Source: Octopus bimaculoides
Lineage: Eukaryota
Assembly: GCF_001194135.2 (NCBI RefSeq)
Contig: NC_068981.1
Span: forward strand, 65,073,947 to 65,130,133
DNA length: 56,187 bases
Direction: 5' to 3'
Part shown: in pieces, positions 25,611 through 38,870 of the stretch
Layout: every line of letters begins with the position of its first letter
Position numbering within the stretch: position 1 is the first letter of the stretch
Notes under the pieces: model-generated
Told to the model about the DNA's origin: nothing
Databases searched by the model: none
The model's input: the letters and a program-made list of their open reading frames with translations, nothing else
Position numbers and translations under genes: made by a program

Positions 25611-27006
25611 AGGTAACAAGTTAGCTAATTCATTAGAGGGTTAAATGACTTGCTGTATTCGTTCTGGTTTTTGCTTTGTAAGTTCAAATCCTGTCAATGC
25701 CTTTTTAGCCTTTCATTGTCAGGGGCTATAAAATAAAGGAACCAGTCCAGGGCTGTAAATTGGTTGAATTATTAACATATGGTATCTGTTCTTTCCCTTT
25801 GCATTTTGGGGTTTTGAATAACAAATTTAATTCATCACCCAGTTAAGCAGCAACATTTGGTCTTTGCTTGGCCTTCAACAAAGTTCACTCCTGTAAGCAT
25901 TTGAGCTAGGTCTCAGATTTGAAGATAGCTTCCTTCTTCCCATTATAATCAGAGGCCCCGAAAAACAAAAATCAGGTCGTTGATGATACTCTTCTCTTTC
26001 TCACTCACTGATAAAAAGAAAGAAGTCCTAAACATCATCTTATTGACTGTATTAATATAGTTGTTGAGTAGCCTCAGTCAACTCAATAAGTTATACGGCA
26101 CAGAAGTAACCTCAATCAATTACAAACAGCCTATAAACTTGGTACACTTGATATGCCATACTTTAGTTTGTACTACTATCATGATGTTGATTATTCTTAT
26201 ATAGACTACTTAAAAGCTTGTGGATCACAGTACAGCTGTAAGAGATTACATCTGTGTTGCAATCTAGACTGTCATAATGCTTCAAGGCTGTTGATGTGAC
26301 TGCAGAATTTTTTTTTTTATTTATGGTTTAGACCTGAAAGGGAGGATAATTTGTTTTTCTTTACCTCTCTGTCCATCTCTCTCTTCAGTTGAAGAATACT
26401 GTATATATCAGAAGTGGTGCCATTGCATACAGGATAAAAAATCAAAGCCATATAATTGAAGTAGAGTACATATAACATGTACATAGCTTCTTTCAAGCTC
26501 TCTTAAAAGTGATTCATATTGATATCACATTGATTTCAACACACACACACATACACACACAGGCATGGCCATATGGTAAATTTGCTTCCCACTCACATGG
26601 TTATGGTTCTGGTTCAGTCCCATTGTGCGACACCTTGGGCAATGTGTCCTCCATAGCCCTGAGCCGACCAAATCTTTCTGAGTGGAATTGGTAGACAGAA
26701 ACTGAAAGAAGCTCATTGTGCGTGATGTTGTTGTCGTTTCCTTGCCTTGGCATCATGTGTTAGTTGTAAGCTAGTGTCACTGTCTGCAAGCAGTGTCCAT
26801 TTCCAATTTTGTATGAAAACATGTCTGGTCATGGGGAAATAACTCACTTGGAAACAGGAGGAGGTTGGTGATGGGGATAGCATCTAAAAAGACATGCCTC
26901 AACTAATTCCATCCAACCCAAGTGGGCAAGAAAAAGTAGATGTTTTATTCTGATGATTATGTGTGTGTGTGTGTATGTATGTATGTATATATATATGTAT
27001 GTATGA

Positions 27007-27463
27007 NNNNNNNNNNNNNNNNNNNNNNNNNNNNNNNNNNNNNNNNNNNNNNNNNNNNNNNNNNNNNNNNNNNNNNNNNNNNNNNNNNNNNNNNNNNNNN
27101 NNNNNNNNNNNNNNNNNNNNNNNNNNNNNNNNNNNNNNNNNNNNNNNNNNNNNNNNNNNNNNNNNNNNNNNNNNNNNNNNNNNNNNNNNNNNNNNNNNNN
27201 NNNNNNNNNNNNNNNNNNNNNNNNNNNNNNNNNNNNNNNNNNNNNNNNNNNNNNNNNNNNNNNNNNNNNNNNNNNNNNNNNNNNNNNNNNNNNNNNNNNN
27301 NNNNNNNNNNNNNNNNNNNNNNNNNNNNNNNNNNNNNNNNNNNNNNNNNNNNNNNNNNNNNNNNNNNNNNNNNNNNNNNNNNNNNNNNNNNNNNNNNNNN
27401 NNNNNNNNNNNNNNNNNNNNNNNNNNNNNNNNNNNNNNNNNNNNNNNNNNNNNNNNNNNNNNN
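27007..27463. other. assembly gap (457 N) flanked by TA/TG microsatellites
   Basis: N run. Confidence 1.
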
Positions 27464-28219
27464 ATACATACATATATGTATAAGAACTTTAAAAAAGTCT
27501 TGGCTGCAGGAAAATGTGTGTGTGTGTGTGTGTATGTATATTGCAGTGCCATGCATTAGTTTATATATCAGTTCCCAGTAGATCTCAGTAATGTGTTAAG
27601 GGAATTCTGCAAATGCCCATTGAGATTAATGTGCTTGAGTACTAAGACAAGCAATGAGTTCAGATATTACTGTAGCTATTGTGTTGTGCCCTTGAGTAAG
27701 ATATGTAATTTTCTTTGCTCCAATTTGTCTAGCTAAAGCCTAGTCCATTCCAATTCCCAATTGAATGGATAGCAGTGGGAAGAATATTTTCAGTTGTGAA
27801 ATAATTGCTCCATTTAAGCAGGGAAAACAAACGTGTAGCAGTGAGTGATTCAAAATTGAACTACTAGGTAGCCAGTCGTATATCACGATCAGTCCAGAGT
27901 AGTTTCACATGATTGGAAGCAACCAATCAGTGTCAACCCATTAGGCAATTCCATCTTCCAGAATCTTCTCCTTGTGACTTTTAAGAAAGCAGTTTTTGGT
28001 GGTAATTTCAGAATTTTGAGGCAACTGTATTTTGTGTCACCATTCTTACCACATTCAGCAAGATAAGAAAGATGGCCTATAGTAAACAGAAATTCTGTCA
28101 CCATGGATATTATGCAATTATTCTTCAGTCGGGATGGGCCAGCCACAGATTGCTAAATCAGTAAGCTTGTTGTAAACTCCAAATGGGGAAGTGACTTCCA
28201 GTATGTAATTATTACTGTT

Positions 28220-28748
28220 AGCTGCATAAAAATGTGTTGATCTCTGACTGTGGAGGGAACCTTTGGGAGAGGCAGACGCAGGAAGACATAGGACAAGGTG
28301 GTGAAGTATGATCTTCGACCATTGGGCTTCACAGAGGCAATGACAAGTGACCGTGACCTTTGGTGATATGCCGTGCTTGAGAAGGTCTGTCAAGCCAAGT
28401 GAAACTGTAGTCATGGCCGATGTTGGTATCACATAAACGGCATCTCTGCTGGTGGCACATAAAAGGCACCTTTCAAACATAGGGTCTCACAGAGGCAATG
28501 ATAAGTGACCAAGACCTTTGGTGATGTGCCATGCTTAACTCATCAAGCCAAGTGAAAGCATAGTTGTAGCCGATGCCGGTGTCATGTAACTGGCACCAAT
28601 GCCAGTGGCACATTACACTCTTGAAGTGGTTGGTGTTATAAGAAGGGCAATCAGAGTGGAACCTGGTGCTGCAACTCTCCAGCTTACCAGTTTGAGTCAA
28701 ACCATCTAACCCATGCCTGCATGGAAAGCAGATGTTAAAGGATGACGA
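28220..28748 (+). mobile_element. RTE-clade LINE 3' end (ORF C-terminus plus 3' UTR) with a 158-bp internal duplication
   Basis: SCIKMC*SLTVEGTFGRGRRRKT*DKVVKYDLRPLGFTEAMTSDRDLW*YAVLEK fits the RTE-type G.R.RGRP..TW...V..DL terminus; tail CCCATGCCTGCATGGAAAGCAGATGTTAAA. Confidence 0.8.
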
Positions 28749-30149
28749 GGTTGTGAAAGATTGACAAAGTTAAACTCTATGTGCAATAATAAAAATCTTC
28801 TGTTAATCATTTGTGGGTGTAGTCAGTTATTTCTTCATGCAGTCCAAGAAATACATTTTCATTCATTCAGCAACTTGACCAGTCATCACTTCAGACCAGC
28901 CAACAACATACTATAACCCATCGTACAGGAAAGAAAAAAAAGATGTATTGCAAAAGACCATTAAATTATCAAAAATTACATGAAGTGAAACCAACTTACT
29001 TTAGGACTTTCTCAGGAAAGGATTATTCTGAAAAATATAACTCATAGCATAATTGCTTTTTCCTTGTTTTTTGTATTATGCTGTATATAATTTTCTTTAG
29101 ATAGTTTGACTTCAGCTATTCCAAGATGCTGTGTGCATCCTCTAGGGCCATTGTCTTCCTCATTTTCATATGTGGCTGTGTGATAAGTTTGCTTCCCAAC
29201 CACGTGGTTCTTTCTGGGTTCAGTCCCACTGCATGGAACCTTGGGTAAATGTCTTCTGCTATAGTAGCTGCAAGCCAACCAAAACTTTGTGAGTGAATTT
29301 GGTAGATGGAAACTGAAAAAAGCCTATTATGTGTGTGTGTGCTTGTCCTCCACCACTGCTTGACAACCAGTGTTGGTTTGTTTACACCGCCCCCATTACT
29401 TAGTGGTTCAGCAAAAAGAGACTGATAGAATGAGTACTAAGCTTTAAAAAAAAAAGTAGTAGTGCAGTTGATACATAATCTCTCACTTTTACATCTAGTC
29501 AGCATTATAAAGATTGATTTGTCTGAAAATCCTTTTTCCTAAATGAAGCCTTACCACAATTTCTAAACATATTCCGCTGTTTGCATGTACTTAACTCAAA
29601 AATACTATATCTCATTAACATTTGTGTGGTTAGCATTATCTGGTTGTAAAATATCTCTCAAATCAGACCTTGTCATCTTCAAAAAGAAAGAATACATTGA
29701 ATATTGCTGTGCAATATACACAGTCTGTAAAAATAGAAATAGAGAATGGTCATAGTTGGAATGCTTTTTGATCATTGGTGTGGTTAATCAGTCTGAGCAA
29801 GGACTAATCCCAGGGGAAATGAGATAGATCAAATAAAGTGTACTGTGCAAATACACAAAGAAATGCCTGCAGAGGAATTGTACTAGGTGGTAGTCTAATA
29901 CCATATCTGTTCAGCAATTTAACTGCTGCATCCATGTTATTTAACTACAACAGACAGTATTTATATATTCTACTGCTAGCTGGATTGGACCAGCAACAGT
30001 TAAAAGCTTTGCCTAGATCACCAGACATTGCTGGTGATGAGACATACAAATCCATTGATCTTCTACCGAGTCAACTAAGCCATTATTGATTCAGTTTATT
30101 GCAAGTTTTTGTGTTTTTGTCCATATATATATATATGCACAAAAATGTA

Positions 30150-30362
30150 CAAGGGAGTGCTGAAAAGTTCCTGGCTTTGGGTAAAAGAAAATACAGGAGG
30201 ATCAGTTAATTATGATTTTATTCAACATATTCCCCTCTTGGATTCACACACTTATTGCAGCAGTCCTTCAGTTCTAAACCCTGTAAAAGAACTTGGAAGG
30301 TTAGGCCTCTAACCAGGCTTTCATGGTACCCTTAGAGCCAGTTACTTTTCAGTACCCTCTTG
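30150..30362. mobile_element. mariner-derived MITE (213 bp)
   Basis: 27-bp TIRs (CAAGGGAGTGCTGAAAAGTTCCTGGCT, 22/27 match) with TA on both sides (30148-30149, 30363-30364). Confidence 0.8.
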
Positions 30363-32204
30363 TATATAACTCACATGTACACTAAATTCCAAGTGATAAG
30401 TTGGCTGAATATGCAGTGCCAATGCTTTTTAGTATCTCTGGTATTGAAATAAATACCACTAAAAGTACTGAGGGTCAATTTAAAAATTACTTGTAATATA
30501 CTTAGGTAGATTCTATCAGCAATGTTTTCTATCCATATATAATCAGGAATAATTCTGCTACTCTTGATCTGTGTGCACATGTTGATTTCTTACTTAGACT
30601 CAACAGTTTATGACTTATAGGTAAGCGTCAGCTGCAATATTGTGACATTCATGCTTTGTCTCAAAGCATTAGCTCTTGACAGGCATTTGTAGCAAGCCAA
30701 GCAAATATTTGGAGGATCCAGAATAAAACAAACCACCCTAGTTTTAAAAAATAAAAATGGATGTGAGGTAAGAAGTTTATTCTCAACCACATGGTTCTAG
30801 GTTCCATCCCATTGCATTGCAACTTGGTTCAGTGTTTTCTGCTGTAACTCCAGGTTAACCACAATGTTTTATGAGTGGATTTGATAGAAGGAACCTAAAA
30901 GAAACCCATCATATATATATGTATACATTTATGTGTGTGTTTCTGTATTAATTCCCCATCACTACTTCACAGTCAGTTGCTGGTTTGTTTATATCCCCAT
31001 AACTTAAGTTTTGGCTAAAGAGACCTATAGAGTAAGTACCAAACTTAAAAAGTAAGTACTGAGGTTGATTTGTTCAATTAAAACTCTCAAGGCAGTGCCC
31101 CAGTATGGCCACAATCCAATGGCTGAAACCAGTAAAAGCTAGACAATGTAGACCTTAATATATGGGATGTGGTGGGGGAGATCAAAGTCATGCATGCTTT
31201 TGATCAGGGTTGCCAACAATTCTTGTAGTTCTCACTTACTTGTGACTAAATATATTGATATTTTTCTAGTTATTTGACCTATTGTAATGCTGTACTTGAT
31301 AGTATTTTATGTTGTTGGTATCGTTGATGTTTTGAGTAATTCAGAAGATTGCCATTCAAGTCTTTATCTATGAAACACTAGTATCAAAGGGTATAATGTA
31401 AATCTTGCATGCATGCAGAAAATAGGTGACTTATCAAATATTCAAAGGTCAGAACGTGCAATTATCTAGGCATTCAAGTTTTCAAAGAGTTTCAGGTGAT
31501 AGTATATGTGCAAGCATAAGAGACTGAATTGTTGTTTACTTCCATGTCAGCTTTGTTCAGAGAAATTTGTTGCATCTAAGCCTACATTATCCAATATTTC
31601 TTTCCTTTTCTTTGTTTCACTTTTTCTTTTTTTTTTTCCAAACTGGTAGTGAGATTTTATTGCTATTTCTAGCAGTGTAGTGACCACCAAAGTAAGTGCT
31701 GCACAAATATTTTAAACTAGCTACTTTTAGCAACACTATCTCAATGTTCCTTTGCTATGTCCTTCACCCATCTAATGTCCTGTCAGGGTACCAATTGAGT
31801 TCCAACACTAGTTTAATGCTGTGACTACCTACCATAGCACCATCCTCCAAATAGTTGGCATATATTCGATTTTGTTTTACTTACATTTCAAGATCTATTA
31901 TTATTGTTGATGTTGCCAGCAGTTTATTATAATATTATATTAAATTTTCATTTTTTTTTTAATTAATGTTTAAATAGAAGACACTAAAAGAGTTTTACAA
32001 ATGCATTCATTGACACCACCACCACCACCCCTTTGCCCTCAGTACCCATATAAAATTTCCTCAGTCCTCACTCCACGGGGCAGTATCATCCACTTTGAGA
32101 AGCACTGATGTAAATGTTACTTCATTGGTGCTATAGTTGATATTGCTCAGCATGAAGTCAACTTGGCTCAAGCAGACCAATGGTCTTCTATGACCATCTC
32201 ATCT

Positions 32205-32426
32205 TACTAAGCAAGGGGAAGAGAAACTGAAACTTGCCACTGAAGGAAAGCGTGCTCAAAGAGAGAGATGGAGAGCTTCTTTAAATGCAGTCTCTGCATG
32301 CAAGACTGCCACTCTTTTGTAGACTTGGGTCTGTACAGCCACAGCAGATGCTGCACCACCATCAGCAGCTGACATGAAATTCTCCAGGTGAAGATCCATG
32401 ATCTTTCAAGACTGATGAATGCCAAT
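32205..32426 (+). mobile_element. 5'-truncated RTE (BovB-like) LINE 3' end
   Basis: KQGEEKLKLATEGKRAQRERW then (frameshift) DCHSFVDLGLYSHSRCC, like the RTE C-terminal CGRDCHSRIGLYSH motif; short 3' UTR GATCCATGATCTTTCAAGACTGATGAATGCCAA. Confidence 0.7.
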
Positions 32427-35400
32427 CTATAGTTGATACTGCTTAAGACTAAAGTCAACTTGGATCAAGTAGACCAATGGTCTTTTTTAACCATCTCATC
32501 TCTTTTTTTTATTCATCTATTTTCATATGCAATGTGTTTGGAAAGCCATGTTCTTTATTTTTAGGTTGGTAGGATGTGATTTAATCTGACCACTTTGTAG
32601 AGGCTCTCTTGCTGTCTCTTGTAATAACAAATTTTTGATCTGTTAGTGGTAAGTTTCACTCCAATACTATATTCCCTGATAATATCAATCAATGCGAATG
32701 AATTCTTTTAGTGTCATTCTTAATTTATTCTAGAACCTGCTCAGCTGGCCAATGATTAGAGGCATTTTAGCCATCGTTGTTCTATTTTTTTTTAGGCATC
32801 ATGCATGTAGAACTATGTTATCCCATACAACCAGCTATAGTACCTGACTTTGCTCATGTTAAAGCCAAAAATATATATAATTATGAATAAGCTATAGTTT
32901 GGGAAAATTGCTTCAAAAAGTTGCTGACAATCTTCATTTGGTCCAAAAATGTTGATTCATTCAAAATTGCTCCAGTCAAACTATTGAGACAGTTCAAGTT
33001 GAGGTTAATGAAAATGCATAAATAAATGAATATATTAATAAAAAGCAAACATAGATCCAAAAGTAAAATTTTGTCAATTTTATTTTTAGTTTCTTGTAAA
33101 GTGTGTGTGTGTGTGTGTTTTAATGAATTTTTTTTCTGCCCGCTGTGGTCTCCCCACACGAAGCAAAGCGTTATGAAAGTGAAAGCACTCCACAGGTCAA
33201 TAACAAGAAATATAAACAGCATGATAGGTATTGACTACTGGGGTTGACTAAAAAATCTCAATCTCTACTCTCTCCAATGCTGCTGTGAGTGCTACATCAT
33301 CTGTGTGATGTGGGAAATATTCCATTAATATTGCACAAATGATGTTGGCATTAATTTTAAAATCCACCCAAGACTCCACCCCTAAGCCATCTGCCCAAGA
33401 CTTGGCCCCTGTGCTATTTGTCCACTATAGAAATCGAACTCAAAACTCATAATATTACGACACAACTACTTTACTTTAACTGATCCAGTTCTCTTTAGTA
33501 TTATACCAAAATACATCAAAACGGAAACATATCCCATAAAATTCAAAAGTTTTATGGACAAATTTCTCAAAATCCTGTATGTGTCTCCAGCATTAATAAC
33601 TCTTTGCTAGAACAGGCCATGGTGTCCCACATATGACTGAGGTGTGAATCACAATCTAAATGACTTCACCAGGTGGTGCTATTAAGTTAGACATGGCCTG
33701 GGCCTATACTGGCCGAAACCTAAGTTATCTAAGTTAACTTGTTCTAGTATCTATAACAGTACTTTAAGGTATACAATATTTTTAATTTAAGGTTTTTTTC
33801 TGTTAAGAGCTAAACAAATTTCAGAAGTTAATTGTTGATTATCATCATCTTGAAAAGAGGTGCTCATATGCAAAATACTAGTTATCTTGATATAAAGCTG
33901 TAGTCTACAACTTGGAACTTACTTTCGTTTTTATATACTAAGAGGTCCATCCTTTTTTAAGATGATAGGGTATGAGTTGATTGACAGATTTGACTGCTGT
34001 TTCTAACAAATTGGAAACTGCATAGAGGCTCATTACCTGGCTCATTTTAAAGTGCATTAGATAAATGGTTTAACTGTTAATTTTAGTACATGTTGAGTAG
34101 GAGATTTAGTAATTGCTCCTTTTCTCCCATTGCTTAGAATATTAATCCACAGCTTAGTTATTGGTGGGCGGGAAAGGAAATACTTTCTGTAAGTGGCATT
34201 TACCTAATGTTACAAGAGATAATTACAGATATTTTAGGCCATTTGGATTTCTCATGTGCAAGTGAATTGGTGGAATTAGTAGAAACTGTAAACAGTTTAG
34301 CAAATTAAATGTTATTATGTTATATCTAACTTTGTTGTTAGTTAAAACAAATCTTACAGTTGACTTTTACCATTTTATCCTACTGAAAACAGCCCCAATA
34401 AGTACTGGGCATAATTCAATCAAGTCTAAGTTGGTTGGTGCCAGTTCACTCTGACTGTACAGGCATTCAAAAGTGTCCCAGCCATGACCACTTCATCTTA
34501 GTTCTTTGGGATAATGTATCTAAGACTACTTAATTTGTCTTGTACTCCTCTCTTTTTTTTTAATGGCTGAGTATGATTTAAAGAAAATTTGGCTGCTATT
34601 TTTAGCAAACCAAGTGAAATCCTTTCACTATATAACCTGTCCTTGTGCATAATCAGAGGCAATTTGCATTTTACAACAATTTTGACTTAAATTATTTGAT
34701 TAAGGCCAACTGGAAAATTTTGCCTAGTACTCTATTTTGTTTCTTTTTTATGCTAGCATGGGTCAGATGGGCCATCATGGTCCAACTTGCATAGACTTAT
34801 CCTCTTAGACAGATTAGAGGCCACATCTTGAAATGTTCATACATTTTAGTATTTTAATAATACTTCTGTCACTTTACATTCATCATCATCAAAAATCTAT
34901 TTTCCATGCTGAGATAGAATCCAACATTCTGAAGACTGCATTGTGCTACATTAGCATGCTTTCTGAGCTATGTGCATTTTTCTGCGGTACTAGCACTATT
35001 TAAGTTGCTGTGCTTGCAAGACTAAGATTATCTTTGAATAGAACTACAGTGGAGAGTGGGGTTGCTTTATGCTTTGGAATGAAAGGGTAAAGTGAGAGAT
35101 AGGGGTCCAGAACATGATAGGTTTCTTGCTGTAGAGGAACACATCCATTCACATTATAGAAGAGAAGGTGGGAGCAAGGCCCTTTCCCTAAATCTTTTCT
35201 ACTTATCAAAATGTTAGTCTTTGCTAAGTTTACCTTGTGGCCTCTTACTTGTAAGTTTAGCTTCCAAGTCTGGAGTTTCCTCTAATTACCATTTAGATTC
35301 AATTATGAGAACTAGATCATTAGCATATAGGAGTTCCATGGACAGCCACTCTTAAACTTCTCCATGATGGCCTATAGAGACTTTGATGAATAAGAGAGGA

Positions 35401-36770
35401 GTGAGAACTGAACTTTGGACTCCTACCCTCTCATCAAATTCATTACTGAAATCATTGTTGATTCTCAGATTATGTGTTCAAGTTCCGCCATTGTCACTTT
35501 TGCTGTTCATCTTTTGTGGTCAATTAAATAAGATACCAGTCAAGTACTGGGATCTATGTAACCAACTAAACCCCTTCTCTCCCCGTTCTCCAAATTCCTG
35601 GCTTTGTGTCTGTTAAAAATAGTTTTACTCAGTTTGAGCAGAAACACTAACTCCAATAAATGTTACAAGATTTAATTACGTTTCTTCACATACCAAGAAG
35701 AAATGAGGTCAAAAAAAAAAAAAACCAGTGCTTGTTATATACTGAGGTTAATTGACTCAATTATACTCCCTCTCCCCAACTTCCTGCAAATTTGTGATTT
35801 CATACAAACCTATACGAGGAATCACTATCACCTAGTGTGAATGCTGGTTGATTATATTAAGTTGAGGTACCTCCTGTTTGTTTCGGTGTTTAACACATGC
35901 TGCAGTTATCTTGTTATATTATGCCTTACAGCTGTTGGTAACCATAGTTACTAGCAAAATCTAATTAATGTAGGGTATCACAAGTGTTATTCATCACTAG
36001 GTAGTAGCTGCACTGCAGTTTGTTGACTTGAGTTCAGTTCCTACTGATATCGTATGTTGATTAAAAGAAAATAAAAAGTCTTTTAATCTGCAATTTGATA
36101 TTTATCGTATTTTGTTTCCTGTTCAGTTAAAACTGCTTTTAAACCTCCCATTGCACATTGTTTTGTACCTGCTAACAAAGCTACATAACTAATGTCTGAA
36201 CTTAGTCTATCAGACTCTCTGCAGGTTCCACCTTCATGGGTGAGTGGTAGCAATAAAAAGTGCATCTGGTTGTATACTAAAAACGTGTGTCAATAATCTC
36301 TGCCCTTACCATCTACAGCAAATCTATGTAATGAAGTACAAAATTCTATATATATAAAAGGTTTGTCTCAATACCTATACTAAGCTGATGCATTACTTTC
36401 TATGATCAGTTATGTACAATAGGTGAGCTTCTCCGTTTCATGGAGAAAGGATCAAGTTTGATGTTCATACTCTTTTCCAGCTGTTAGTTATAACCAGTGA
36501 TCAACCTGAGTTTTGAATTCTCTTATCTGCTTTTGAACGTTGGTTATACTAGAAATGGTGACACACTGAGTAAAGTTTTTGTGGAATTTATTTCTATCAT
36601 TTGGAGTTATCATTATCTTTTGTCCATTTGTGGATGATAAATTGGCATAAACTGAGGTCAGTGCAATTACCTATTATCCTTCCCTCTACATTTGTGGCCC
36701 TGAAATTATGCTAAGATAAATAAACCCAGTAATAATTTCTATCTCTTACATTCTATTTTGTTTTTTACAG

Positions 36771-36846
36771 GATGCTTTCACAGTCAACCAGCATATATCC
36801 GTGGAGGGAGAGCTTTTGTTTGGCCTGGCATTCAGAAAATACAGAG
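36771..36846 (+). CDS. flot1: flotillin-1 second coding exon (G-CFHSQPAYIRGGRAFVWPGIQKIQ-R, 76 nt)
   Basis: Acceptor ttttgttttttacAG at 36769-36770, donor AG|GTCAGT at 36847; GGRAFVWP motif; lies inside ORF-track entry 36758-37006. Confidence 0.95.
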
Positions 36847-36886
36847 GTCAGTATCAATTATTTTTGTTATACAAGCAGAATATATT

Positions 36887-37059
36887 TTAATCGTTTCTGG
36901 TACCAATGCATTTGAGACCAATTTTAAATTAAAACCATCACTTAAAACCATTAAATTAAAACCATCACTTAAATTCTTCCAAATTCTTGATTATTTTCAA
37001 AATTAATTAAAACTCATAGCCATTGTATTTCATTAGAAATAGTGCCATCAAAGGGTTAA
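36887..37059. mobile_element. possible decayed piggyBac-like MITE just downstream of exon 2
   Basis: Right end AAAGGG-TTAA; degenerate left end TTAA-TCGTTT; contains a 27-bp tandem duplication at 36924-36973. Confidence 0.3.
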
Positions 37060-37696
37060 CTTTTTTATTTTATATCTTTTATTAATATTTATCAATTTAA
37101 AGATTAGCTTTAATCTTAGATAAAATATAATTTTCTCTCCTTACTGCCTACCTCAAGGTAGATCAACCGGAGGTTTTTTCTTTAATCTTTTCATACCATA
37201 GTCTTAGTTGCTTGGTATAATTTTCCCTGATTAGTTTAGAGGAGTAAGGAGTAAAAATGAAGAAATTACTGGTTCCGTGTTGGCTTTATTTTTAGTTTAT
37301 TGCTCTTGTCTATAAAAATAAAATTAGTTTTACATTAGTATAAGATGCATGGTTAAAACTACAACAGTATTCAGTACTACAACTTTGAGAAAATACATCA
37401 GGGGAGTGTTCTGCATAATAGACATTGTAGGTTCCCACATATGTAATATTGTGAGTTGAAAAACTTCAGTCAGTTGAGACTAATCCAAACAATTAGTAGA
37501 CAAAAACTCTATGGTTATTTAAAATCTAAAAATAACAGATAAACCATGACAAACTGGAATAGCTTTGATTTTTAAAGCTATCTGGTGAAAGTAATGTGTT
37601 TTGGTATGGTTTTCAATTACAAAGCTGAGAATGTTAAGTATCATCAGTTGGGGTTAAAGATCAGATCCACTCTAGTTTTCATTATTTATATTGTCC

Positions 37697-38153
37697 AACC
37701 TCACTGTCTTCAATTCGGTTTATGTGCCTATCTTCACCTATAGTCATGAATGTTAAGGACAATCATGAATACATGCAGCTAAAAATGAGGTTTCTCCAAA
37801 GGATCTCTGGAATAGTGTTATTCAACAGGGTGCATAGCTCAGGGAGTCTCTCCAGGTCAAGCCACTACTTCTCCCCATTGTCAAGTCACAGCTCCTGTAC
37901 TACAAACATGTGATTAGAATATTGCAGGAAACAATTGCAAGATGGATTTTTCAAACTGATCCAGCTAGCAAGATTCCTAGAGGCAGACCAGAATAAGACA
38001 GTTAAACACTATCCATAGTCTGTTAGTCACGCTTAGGGATCTAACTGAAAAGTGTAATAACTTCTGATAGGACCCTATGGAGGAAATGCCTGAGGACTCT
38101 ACTCTCTCAACCCTTCCAGGAATAGTGGATAGAGAAAATGGATGGATGGATGA
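37697..38153 (+). mobile_element. Rex3/Expander-like RTE LINE 3' fragment (decayed)
   Basis: SVYVPIFTYSHE / MRFLQRISG...RVHSS / VKPLLLPIVKSQL...KIPRGRP across frameshifts, ending GAAAATGGATGGATGGATG. Confidence 0.8.
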
Positions 38154-38734
38154 TCTTACTGCAGTCATCTCCCTTGCTTGTCTTTACATTTTTAAACACC
38201 TCTAGAGGGAGTTTTTGTCTAATTGCTTGTATAATTTGTCAATGTTTTTCAGCTCACTACATTTCCAGTATCCAACTTGTTCTTAACATAATTACTAGAT
38301 TGCATTTCTCTTGAACATTTTTTATTTTTAGTGTTAATTAAAACTATAGATGTCCAAGACACAAAAGCACCAGACTAAATGCATTATAGTATTTTGTTTC
38401 TTCCCTTCCTTTTCTGAGTTCAAATGCCATTCATGTCTGCTTTCTTTCACCATCCTCTTGTTTTAAGAAAATAAGCACCATTTAAATCTACAAGAATCAA
38501 TTTAATAGATTATCTCATCTCTTTGCTCTCCTCTTTTAGACAAATTGGCCTTGTCATTAAAAAAAAAAAAAAACAATTAAAAATGATTAGTGTTATTTAA
38601 TTTGAAGACAGTGATGTAGCAGAATCATTGGAGCACTGGAGTAAAAGCTTTTTTTGTATTTTGTTTCATTCCTCTATATATGTTAAAAATCTTGCATCTG
38701 TCATCTTTGTCTACTGTTATGCACCACCACCATC

Positions 38735-38870
38735 ATCAACATTTAACATTCGCTTTCCATGCTGACCTGAGTTGGATGGATTGACAGAAACTGGCAAGGC
38801 CAAGGGCCACACTAGGTTCCATTGTCTGTTTTGGCTGGGTATTCTTCCAACCACTCCACCGAGTGTACTA
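38735..38870 (-). mobile_element. RTE-type 3' UTR/tail, antisense
   Basis: CATCATCAACATTTAACATTCGCTTTCCATGCT is the reverse complement of the shared tail. Confidence 0.65.

Noticed and set aside
27889-28146. 85-aa minus-strand ORF as a nested gene exon
   Set aside because: No recognisable motif, no supporting exon chain, and length within chance.
32096-32108. TTGAGAAGCACTG as a hAT-type right TIR
   Set aside because: No matching left TIR or 8-bp TSD found.
33700-33730. GGCC-loop-GGCC-GAAAC resembling hammerhead stem II
   Set aside because: The CTGATGA core is missing and there is no stem III/GUH pairing.
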